Assembly (NCBI GenBank): GCA_964016885.1
Contig: OZ024745.1
Location: forward strand, 87,606,001 to 87,670,000
DNA: 64,000 nt
Reading direction: 5' to 3'
DNA from: Eledone cirrhosa
Taxonomy: Eukaryota
Below are positions 9,287 through 20,800 of this stretch, piece by piece (position 1 is the stretch's first letter; the number at the start of each line of letters is the position of its first letter). The position numbers and the translations under genes are program-made. Under the pieces are notes generated by a model that did no database searches, had not been told where the DNA came from, and saw only the letters and a list, made by a program, of their open reading frames with translations.

Positions 9287-10662
9287 AGTCCCTCTATACC
9301 GTCATCCCCCACGCCGACGGCCTTCGCGCCCTCAAACACTACCTCGACCTTCGCCCCTCCCCCATTCCCTCCACCCCCACCCTCCTTCGCCTCGCCGAGC
9401 TGGTCCTCACCCTAAATTGTTTCTCCTTCTCGGGTGAGTTTTACCAACAGGTCACGGGGGTAGCCATGGGCACAAGAATGGGCCCGAACTATGCCAACCT
9501 TTTTGAGGCCCAAATCTTTGCCCAGTACACCGGCCCCACGCCCGAACTGTACGGTCGTTACATTGACGACTGTATCGGGCCACGACCCTCACCCGAGTAC
9601 AGCTCGACTCCTTTCTCTCCTTCTTCTGCTCCTTCCACCCCTCCTTCCACTTCACCACCTCTAACTCCACCACCCACGTCCACTTCTTAGACATCTCCGT
9701 CGCCTTCGACCCCTCCCACCACTCCCTGGTCACCTCCGCCTTCTTCAAACCCACCGACTCCCACTCTTACCTCGACTTCACCTCTTCCCACCCCACCCAC
9801 ACTAAACTCTCCATTCCCTACTCCCAACTTCTCAGGATCCGCCGCCTCTGTAGCCGTGATGCTGACTTCGAGTCCCAGGCCCTTTCCCTAGTCAGCCATT
9901 TCATCCGCAGAGGTTACCCCCCCCCGCTCTCGTCTACACCGCTCTCACCCGCGCCCGTGCTATCCCCCGCTCCACCACCCTCACCCCACGCCACCGCACA
10001 CCCACCTACCGTCTCCCCTTCCCCTTCCCCATCACCTACCACCCCTCCACCTTACCCCTCCACCGCACCATCCGCCGCCTCTTCCGACGCCTCCAGTCCG
10101 ACCCCTCCACCTCCCACATCTTCCCAACCCCACCACTCCCCTCCTTCAAACGGGCACGCAATCTCCGCACCCTCCTCGTCCACAGCTCCCTACCCCCAAC
10201 CCACGCTCCGGCATCCCCCGGTTCCTTCCCCTGTTCTAGGCCCCGCTGCAACACCTGTCCCCACATCACCAACACCACCACCTTCCAGGGTCCCAACGGC
10301 CACTCTCTCTCGGTCCTGCATGCCTTCCGCTGCAACTCCTCCAACCTAGTCTACGGACTTCGTTGCACGGAGTGCAGCGCGACTTATGTCGGACAGACGG
10401 GACGTCGCCTGGCGGACCGAGTCACGGAGCACCTCTCGGGGGCAGTTCTCCCATCGCCCGCCACTTTGATGGCCCTGGACACTCCGCACGCCATCTCACA
10501 GTCTGTGGCCTACTCCAGTGCCACGGAACACCCGCCCATCGCCTTACGGTCGAACAACGCACTATCTTCATCTTACAGACCCACACTCCCCCCGGCCTGA
10601 ACTCCCACCCTTATTCCTTTAGCGTTCGACCGCCCCCTCCCCCCAGACTTATCTCCCACTAA
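9287..10662 (+). pseudogene. Frameshifted, 5'-truncated PLE C (Neptune-like: RT, Cys-rich linker, GIY-YIG), extremely C-rich
   Basis: Across frames: SLYTVIPH, FYQQVTGVAMGTRMGPNYANLF, YGRYIDDC, FLDI, KPTDSHSYL, SIPYSQLLRIRRLCS, RGYP, PCSRPRCNTCPHI, CNSSNLVYGLRCTEC...YVGQTGRRLADRVTEH, IARHF...EQRTIFILQTHTPPGLN. Confidence 0.88.
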
Positions 10663-11753
10663 CACCACTAACACACCCCTCCTTTTCACCGCCAACCCCA
10701 CACTAACAATACTAACACCTCCACTCCACCCCTCATCTGACCACCCTTCCCAACTAACATACTAACATCCCTTCCCTCCCCTCTTCTCTTCCTCCCCCTC
10801 CTTATCACACGCACACACGCACCCACTTACACCACCCACCCCGCACGCAACTAACATCACTAACACTCCCCAGCCCCACGCACACGTACCCGCACACCCT
10901 CGTACACCACCAACTCTACACACCCTACCACCACTAACCCCCACTCACACCTGCATTCCACCCCTCCCACCTCCCGTATACTAACACCCACTAACACCTC
11001 TTCACCAAACTACACACACACACCAGTACACCACACTCCCTCCATAGAACCACACACACCCTTCTCTCCCCGCTCCACACTCACTCATCCCACTAACACC
11101 CCTACTAATACAGACACACACACGCCCACACACACCCTCCTCACTCCAACTCTCACACCTACCCATCCTCGCCTCCCTACCAATCCGCCGACTGCTGCTA
11201 TGCCCTTCCGACCACCTCTCAGCACCAACTGGCCACAGCACTCCCACTGCTGACCACTTCCTGTTGCGCGCGCACCCCACATCTCTCCTCTTCCGACCAC
11301 CGCTTCTTGGATTACCCACACGCGAAATTGACTTCTAACCAAAGCTCCAAACATCCGTGGAACTTACCAACTTTTCAACCATCCTCTTACACCATCACCT
11401 ATATAACTCCCCCCCCCCAATTTTTTTTTATTTTTTGATCCACACGCCACCCACACCCACAACACGCTTAAAACACACACACGTGCTTCCAAAAAAATAT
11501 TTACACCCTCAGCCTCCTGATTCCTCTTCTCCCACCCCCTATCCACACACGCACAGACACTCCGACCCACAAAAACACCCCCCACACACACCTTCCTGAA
11601 CATGCAACCCCGTTCTTCCCCCAACCCTCACTTTCACATACACACACACACACACACGCACACCTAACCACACACACCACCTTCAGCCCTCCCCGCTTGG
11701 ATACCCCGTCTCCCTCTCCCCACTCCACCCGCCACCACCCCTTCCCACCCCAC
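10663..11753 (+). repeat. C/A-rich low-complexity tail (probable 3' UTR of PLE C) with recurrent ACTAAC motifs
   Basis: Very G-poor; repeated cactaacacc / actaacat motifs and (CA)n. Same strand skew as the PLE C coding remnant. Confidence 0.65.
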
Positions 11754-11797
11754 ACTAATTTTCATAGAAAAAGCATATAACGATATGTGCTTTTACG

Positions 11798-11893
11798 ATT
11801 CTCCAGAAAGGCCGGTAGATAGGTAAATATTGCTGATGAGTTGTAACAACAACGAAACTAGTTCAATATTCCTTGTCTGGCTTTCTGGAGAAT
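11798..11893 (+). ncRNA. Type I hammerhead ribozyme of the satellite monomer (first copy; repeats every ~467 bp)
   Basis: Stem I aatattg(11826-32)/caatatt(11864-70); CTGATGA 11833-39; stem II gttgt(aaca)acaac; GAAA 11854-57; palindromic stem III ACTAGT; GUU triplet, predicted cut after 11863. Stem I extends via agg/cct (ta bulge) to a perfect 13-bp attctccagaaag/ctttctggagaat helix. Confidence 0.9.
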
Positions 11894-14800
11894 AGAGGAA
11901 AGGTGTTTCCTCGAAAACCAGTATGACTCTAAAAACCGGTTTGTCTGTGTGTTTACATACAGAATAGCTGGGTTACTCACAGTAAAGTAACCAGTGAAAG
12001 ACTTGTTACATCTACATATGTATACGTGTGTGTATTCATATGCATACTAGTATTTCAGTATGCATATGTAGATGTACATTTTTAACTTAATTGTTTAAGC
12101 GTCAGTCATACAAAAGTGAGTTACAAACGAAACGAAATTTAATTTCGTTTCGTTATTTGTTTTTATCGTCTCCGCTGAACCGGTGCGTACTCACACTCTA
12201 TGCAAATTAGTCTGCCCACTACTAATTTTCATAGAAAAAGCATATAACGATATGTGCTTTTACGATTCTCCAGAAAGGCCGGTAGATAGGTAAATATTGC
12301 TGATGAGTTGTAACAACAACGAAACTAGTTCAATATTCCTTGTCTGGCTTTCTGGAGAATAGAGGAAAGGTGTTTCCTCGAAAACCAGTATGACTCTAAA
12401 AACCGGTTTGTCTGTGTGTTTACATACAGAATAGCTGGGTTACTCACAGTAAAGTAACCAGTGAAAGACTTGTTACATCTACATATGTATACGTGTGTGT
12501 ATTCATATGCATACTAGTATTTCAGTATGCATATGTAGATGTACATTTTTAACTTAATTGTTTAAGCGTCAGTCATACAAAAGTGAGTTACAAACGAAAC
12601 GAAATTTAATTTCGTTTCGTTATTTGTTTTTATCGTCTCCGCTGAACCGGTGCGTACTCACACTCTATGCAAATTAGTCTGCCCACTACTAATTTTCATA
12701 GAAAAAGCATATAACGATATGTGCTTTTACGATTCTCCAGAAAGGCCGATAGATAGGTAAATATTGCTGATGAGTTGTAACAACAACGAAACTAGTTCAA
12801 TATTCCTTGTCTGGCTTTCTGGAGAATAGAGGAAAGGTGTTTCCTCGAAAACCAGTATGACTCTAAAAACCGGTTTGTCTGTGTGTTTACATACAGAATA
12901 GCTGCGTTACTCACAGTAAAGTAATCAGTGAAAGACTTGTTACATCTACATATGTATACGTGTGTGTATTCATATGCATACTAGTATTTCAGTATGCATA
13001 TGTAGATGTACATTTTTAACTTAATTGTTTAAGCGTCAGTCATACAAAAGTGAGTTACAAACGAAACGAAATTTAATTTCGTTTCGTTATTTGTTTTTAT
13101 CGTCTCCGCTGAACCGGTGCGTACTCACACTCTATGCAAATTAGTCTGCCCACTACTAATTTTCATAGAAAAAGCATATAACGATATGTGCTTTTACGAT
13201 TCTCCAGAAAGGCCGATAGATAGGTAAATATTGCTGATGAGTTGTAACAACAACGAAACTAGTTCAATATTCATTGTCTGGCTTTCTGGAGAATAGAGGA
13301 AAGGTGTTTCCTCGAAAACCAGTATGACTCTAAAAACCGGTTTGTCTGTGTGTTTACATACAGAATAGCTGGGTTACTCACAGTAAAGTAATCAGTGAAA
13401 GACTTGTTACATCTACATATGTATACGTGTGTGTATTCATATGCATACTAGTATTTCAGTATGCATATGTAGATGTACATTTTTAACTTAATTGTTTAAG
13501 CGTCAGTCATACAAAAGTGAGTTACAAACGAAACGAAATTTAATTTCGTTTCGTTATTTGTTTTTATCGTCTCCGCTGAACCGGTGCGTACTCACACTCT
13601 ATGCAAATTAGTCTGCCCACTACTAATTTTCATAGAAAAAGCATATAACGATATGTGCTTTTACGATTCTCCAGAAAGGCCGGTAGATAGGTAAATATTG
13701 CTGATGAGTTGTAACAACAACGAAACTAGTTCAATATTCCTTGTCTGGCTTTCTGGAGAATAGAGGAAAGGTGTTTCCTCGAAAACCAGTATGACTCTAA
13801 AAACCGGTTTGTCTGTGTGTTTACATACAGAATAGCTGGGTTACTCACAGTAAAGTAATCAGTGAAAGACTTGTTACATCTACATATGTATACGTGTGTG
13901 TATTCATATGCATACTAGTATTTCAGTATGCATATGTAGATGTACATTTTTAACTTAATTGTTTAAGCGTCAGTCATACAAAAGTGAGTTACAAACGAAA
14001 CGAAATTTAATTTCGTTTCGTTATTTGTTTTTATCGTCTCCGCTGAACCGGTGCGTACTCACACTCTATGCAAATTAGTCTGCCCACTACTAATTTTCAT
14101 AGAAAAAGCATATAACGATATGTGCTTTTACGATTCTCCAGAAAGGCCGGTAGATAGGTAAATATTGCTGATGAGTTGTAACAACAACGAAACTAGTTCA
14201 ATATTCCTTGTCTGGCTTTCTGGAGAATAGAGGAAAGGTGTTTCCTCGAAAACCAGTATGACTCTAAAAACCGGTTTGTCTGTGTGTTTACATACAGAAT
14301 AGCTGGGTTACTCACAGTAAAGTAATCAGTGAAAGACTTGTTACATCTACATATGTATACGTGTGTGTATTCATATGCATACTAGTATTTCAGTATGCAT
14401 ATGTAGATGTACATTTTTAACTTAATTGTTTAAGCGTCAGTCATACAAAAGTGAGTTACAAACGAAACGAAATTTAATTTCGTTTCGTTATTTGTTTTTA
14501 TCGTCTCCGCTGAACCGGTGCGTACTCACACTCTATGCAAATTAATCTGCCCACTACTAATTTTCATAGAAAAAGCATATAACGATATGTGCTTTTACGA
14601 TTCTCCAGAAAGGCCGGTAGATAGGTAAATATTGCTGATGAGTTGTAACAACAACGAAACTAGTTCAATATTCCTTGTCTGGCTTTCTGGAGAATAGAGG
14701 AAAGGTGTTTCCTCGAAAACCAGTATGACTCTAAAAACCGGTTTGTCTGTGTGTTTACATACAGAATAGCTGGGTTACTCACAGTAAAGTAATCAGTGAA

Positions 14801-17800
14801 AGACTTGTTACATCTACATATGTATACGTGTGTGTATTCATATGCATACTAGTATTTCAGTATGCATATGTAGATGTACATTTTTAACTTAATTGCTTAA
14901 GCGTCAGTCATACAAAAGTGAGTTACAAACGAAACGAAATTTAATTTCGTTTCGTTATTTGTTTTTATCGTCTCCGCTGAACCGGTGCGTACTCACACTC
15001 TATGCAAATTAGTCTGCCCACTACTAATTTTCATAGAAAAAGCATATAACGATATGTGCTTTTACGATTCTCCAGAAAGGCCGGTAGATAGGTAAATATT
15101 GCTGATGAGTTGTAACAACAACGAAACTAGTTCAATATTCCTTGTCTGGCTTTCTGGAGAATAGAGGAAAGGTGTTTCCTCGAAAACCAGTATGACTCTA
15201 AAAACCGGTTTGTCTGTGTGTTTACATACAGAATAGCTGGGTTACTCACAGTAAAGTAACCAGTGAAAGACTTGTTACATCTACATATGTATACGTGTGT
15301 GTATTCATATGCATACTAGTATTTCAGTATGCATATGTAGATGTACATTTTTAACTTAATTGTTTAAGCGTCAGTCATACAAAAGTGAGTTACAAACGAA
15401 ACGAAATTTAATTTCGTTTCGTTATTTGTTTTTATCGTCTCCGCTGAACCGGTGCGTACTCACACTCTATGCAAATTAGTCTGCCCAATACTAATTTTCA
15501 TAGAAAAAGCATATAACGATATGTGCTTTTACGATTCTCCAGAAAGGCCGGTAGATAGGTAAATATTGCTGATGAGTTGTAACAACAACGAAACTAGTTC
15601 AATATTCCTTGTCTGGCTTTCTGGAGAATAGAGGAAAGGTGTTTCCTCGAAAACCAGTATGACTCTAAAAACCGGTTTCTCTGTGTGTTTACATACAGAA
15701 TAGCTGGGTTACTCACAGTAAAGTAATCAGTGAAAGACTTGTTACATCTACATATGTATACGTGTGTGTATTCATATGCATACTAGTATTTCAGTATGCA
15801 TATGTAGATGTACATTTTTAACTTAATTGTTTAAGCGTCAGTCATACAAAAGTGAGTTACAAACGAAACGAAATTTAATTTCGTTTCGTTATTTGTTTTT
15901 ATCGTCTCCGCTGAACCGGTGCGTACTCACACTCTATGCAAATTAGTCTGCCCACTACTAATTTTCATAGAAAAAGCATATAACGATATGTGCTTTTATG
16001 ATTCTCCAGAAAGGCCGGTAGATAGGTAAATATTGCTGATGAGTTGTAACAACAACGAAACTAGTTCAATATTCCTTGTCTGGCTTTCTGGTGAATAGAG
16101 GAAAGGTGTTTCCTCGAAAACCAGTATGACTCTAAAAACCGGTTTGTCTGTGTGTTTACATACAGAATAGCTGGGTTACTCACAGTAAAGTAATCAGTGA
16201 AAGACTTGTTACATCTACATATGTATACGTGTGTGTATTCATATGCATACTAGTATTTCAGTATGCATATGTAGATGTACATTTTTAACTTAATTGTTTT
16301 CAGTCATACAAAAGTGAGTTACAAACGAAACGAAATTTAATTTCGTTTCGTTATTTGTTTTTATCGTCTCCGCTGAACCGGTGCGTACTCACACTCTATG
16401 CAAATTAGTCTGCCCACTACTAATTTTCATAGAAAAAGCATATAACGATATGTGCTTTTACGATTCTCCAGAAAGGCCGGTAGATAGGTAAATATTGCTG
16501 ATGAGTTGTAACAACAACGAAACTAGTTCAATATTCCTTGTCTGGCTTTCTGGAGAATAGAGGAAAGGTGTTTCCTCGAAAACCAGTATGACTCTAAAAA
16601 CCGGTTTGTCTGTGTGTTTACATACAGAATAGCTGGGTTACTCACAGTAAAGTAACCAGTGAAAGACTTGTTACATCTACATATGTATACGTGTGTGTAT
16701 TCATATGCATACTAGTATTTCAGTATGCATATGTAGATGTACATTTTTAACTTAATTGCTTAAGCGTCAGTCATACAAAAGTGAGTTACAAACGAAACGA
16801 AATTTAATTTCGTTTCGTTATTTGTTTTTATCGTCTCCGCTGAACCGGTGCGTACTCACACTCTATGCAAATTAGTCTGCCCACTACTAATTTTCATAGA
16901 AAAAGCATATAACGATATGTGCTTTTACGATTCTCCAGAAAGGCCGGTAGATAGGTAAATATTGCTGATGAGTTGTAACAACAACGAAACTAGTTCAATA
17001 TTCCTTGTCTGGCTTTCTGGAGAATAGAGGAAAGGTGTTTCCTCGAAAACCAGTATGACTCTAAAAACCGGTTTGTCTGTGTGTTTACATACAGAATAGC
17101 TGGGTTACTCACAGTAAAGTAACCAGTGAAAGACTTGTTACATCTACATATGTATACGTGTGTGTATTCATATGCATACTAGTATTTCAGTATGCATATG
17201 TAGATGTACATTTTTAACTTAATTGTTTAAGCGTCAGTCATACAAAAGTGAGTTACAAACGAAACGAAATTTAATTTCGTTTCGTTATTTGTTTTTATCG
17301 TCTCCGCTGAACCGGTGCGTACTCACACTCTATGCAAATTAGTCTGCCCAATACTAATTTTCATAGAAAAAGCATATAACGATATGTGCTTTTACGATTC
17401 TCCAGAAAGGCCGGTAGATAGGTAAATATTGCTGATGAGTTGTAACAACAACGAAACTAGTTCAATATTCCTTGTCTGGCTTTCTGGAGAATAGAGGAAA
17501 GGTGTTTCCTCGAAAACCAGTATGACTCTAAAAACCGGTTTCTCTGTGTGTTTACATACAGAATAGCTGGGTTACTCACAGTAAAGTAATCAGTGAAAGA
17601 CTTGTTACATCTACATATGTATACGTGTGTGTATTCATATGCATACTAGTATTTCAGTATGCATATGTAGATGTACATTTTTAACTTAATTGTTTAAGCG
17701 TCAGTCATACAAAAGTGAGTTACAAACGAAACGAAATTTAATTTCGTTTCGTTATTTGTTTTTATCGTCTCCGCTGAACCGGTGCGTACTCACACTCTAT

Positions 17801-20800
17801 GCAAATTAGTCTGCCCACTACTAATTTTCATAGAAAAAGCATATAACGATATGTGCTTTTATGATTCTCCAGAAAGGCCGGTAGATAGGTAAATATTGCT
17901 GATGAGTTGTAACAACAACGAAACTAGTTCAATATTCCTTGTCTGGCTTTCTGGTGAATAGAGGAAAGGTGTTTCCTCGAAAACCAGTATGACTCTAAAA
18001 ACCGGTTTGTCTGTGTGTTTACATACAGAATAGCTGGGTTACTCACAGTAAAGTAATCAGTGAAAGACTTGTTACATCTACATATGTATACGTGTGTGTA
18101 TTCATATGCATACTAGTATTTCAGTATGCATATGTAGATGTACATTTTTAACTTAATTGTTTTCAGTCATACAAAAGTGAGTTACAAACGAAACGAAATT
18201 TAATTTCGTTTCGTTATTTGTTTTTATCGTCTCCGCTGAACCGGTGCGTACTCACACTCTATGCAAATTAGTCTGCCCACTACTAATTTTCATAGAAAAA
18301 GCATATAACGATATGTGCTTTTACGATTCTCCAGAAAGGCCGGTAGATAGGTAAATATTGCTGATGAGTTGTAACAACAACGAAACTAGTTCAATATTCC
18401 TTGTCTGGCTTTCTGGAGAATAGAGGAAAGGTGTTTCCTCGAAAACCAGTATGACTCTAAAAACCGGTTTGTCTGTGTGTTTACATACAGAATAGCTGGG
18501 TTACTCACAGTAAAGTAACCAGTGAAAGACTTGTTACATCTACATATGTATACGTGTGTGTATTCATATGCATACTAGTATTTCAGTATGCATATGTAGA
18601 TGTAAATTTTTAACTTAATTGTTTAAGCGTCAGTCATACAAAAGTGAGTTACAAACGAAACGAAATTTAATTTCGTTTCGTTATTTGTTTTTATCGTCTC
18701 CGCTGAACCGGTGCGTACTCACACTCTATGCAAATTAGTCTGCCCACTACTAATTTTCATAGAAAAAGCATATAACGATATGTGCTTTTACGATTCTCCA
18801 GAAAGGCCTGTAGATAGGTAAATATTGCTGATGAGTTGTAACAACAACGAAACTAGTTCAATATTCCTTGTCTGGCTTTCTGGAGAATAGAGGAAAGGTG
18901 TTTCCTCGAAAACCAGTATGACTCTAAAAACCGGTTTCTCTGTGTGTTTACATACAGAATAGCTGGGTTACTCACAGTAAAGTAATCAGTGAAAGACTTG
19001 TTACATCTACATATGTATACGTGTGTGTATTCATATGCATACTAGTATTTCAGTATGCATATGTAGATGTACATTTTTAACTTAATTGCTTAAGCGTCAG
19101 TCATACAAAAGTGAGTTACAAACGAAACGAAATTTAATTTCGTTTCGTTATTTGTTTTTATCGTCTCCGCTGAACCGGTGCGTACTCACACTCTATGCAA
19201 ATTAGTCTGCCCACTACTAATTTTCATAGAAAAAGCATATAACGATATGTGCTTTTACGATTCTCCAGAAAGGCCGGTAGATAGGTAAATATTGCTGATG
19301 AGTTGTAACAACAACGAAACTAGTTCAATATTCCTTGTCTGGCTTTCTGGACAATAGAGGAAAGGTGTTTCCTCGAAAACCAGTATGACTCTAAAAACCG
19401 GTTTGTCTGTGTGTTTACATACAGAATAGCTGGGTTACTCACAGTAAAGTAACCAGTGAAAGACTTGTTACATCTACATATGTATACGTGTGTGTATTCA
19501 TATGCATACTAGTATTTCAGTATGCATATGTAGATGTACATTTTTAACTTAATTGTTTAAGCGTCAGTCATACAAAAGTGAGTTACAAACGAAACGAAAT
19601 TTAATTTCGTTTCGTTATTTGTTTTTATCGTCTCCGCTGAACCGGTGCGTACTCACACTCTATGCAAATTAGTCTGCCCACTACTAATTTTCATAGAAAA
19701 AGCATATAACGATATGTGCTTTTATGATTCTCCAGAAAGGCCGGTAGATAGGTAAATATTGCTGATGAGTTGTAACAACAACGAAACTAGTTCAATATTC
19801 CTTGTCTGGCTTTCTGGAGAATAGAGGAAAGGTGTTTCCTCGAAAACCAGTATGACTCTAAAAACCGGTTTGTCTGTGTGTTTACATACAGAATAGCTGG
19901 GTTACTCACAGTAAAGTAATCAGTGAAAGACTTGTTACATCTACATATGTATACGTGTGTGTATTCATATGCATACTAGTATTTCAGTATGCATATGTAG
20001 ATGTACATTTTTAACTTAATTGCTTAAGCGTCAGTCATACAAAAGTGAGTTACAAACGAAACGAAATTTAATTTCGTTTCGTTATTTGTTTTTATCGTCT
20101 CCGCTGAACCGGTGCGTACTCACACTCTATGCAAATTAGTCTGCCCACTACTAATTTTCATAGAAAAAGCATATAACGATATGTGCTTTTACGATTCTCC
20201 AGAAAGGCCGGTAGATAGGTAAATATTGCTGATGAGTTGTAACAACAACGAAACTAGTTCAATATTCCTTGTCTGGCTTTCTGGAGAATAGAGGAAAGGT
20301 GTTTCCTCGAAAACCAGTATGACTCTAAAAACCGGTTTGTCTGTGTGTTTACATACAGAATAGCTGGGTTACTCACAGTAAAGTAACCAGTGAAAGACTT
20401 GTTACATCTACATATGTATACGTGTGTGTATTCATATGCATACTAGTATTTCAGTATGCATATGTAGATGTACATTTTTAACTTAATTGTTTAAGCGTCA
20501 GTCATACAAAAGTGAGTTACAAACGAAACGAAATTTAATTTCGTTTCGTTATTTGTTTTTATCGTCTCCGCTGAACCGGTGCGTACTCACACTCTATGCA
20601 AATTAGTCTGCCCACTACTAATTTTCATAGAAAAAGCATATAACGATATGTGCTTTTATGATTCTCCAGAAAGGCCGGTAGATAGGTAAATATTGCTGAT
20701 GAGTTGTAACAACAACGAAACTAGTTCAATATTCCTTGTCTGGCTTTCTGGAGAATAGAGGAAAGGTGTTTCCTCGAAAACCAGTATGACTCTAAAAACC

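Noticed and set aside
10660-11110. ACTAAC/CCTAA-like motifs as telomeric repeats
   Set aside because: Irregularly spaced and not a tandem TTAGG/TTAGGG array; better explained as low-complexity UTR.
9957-11755. Pro-rich and Gly/Val-rich ORFs
   Set aside because: Off-frame or antisense readings of the C-rich PLE remnant and its tail.
12065-12112. Possible second, antisense hammerhead (CTGACG-cttaa/ttaag-...ATGTACAT-C), which would make the unit ambisense like a viroid
   Set aside because: Lacks A9 of CUGANGA, lacks the GAAA box, and has no proper stem I.
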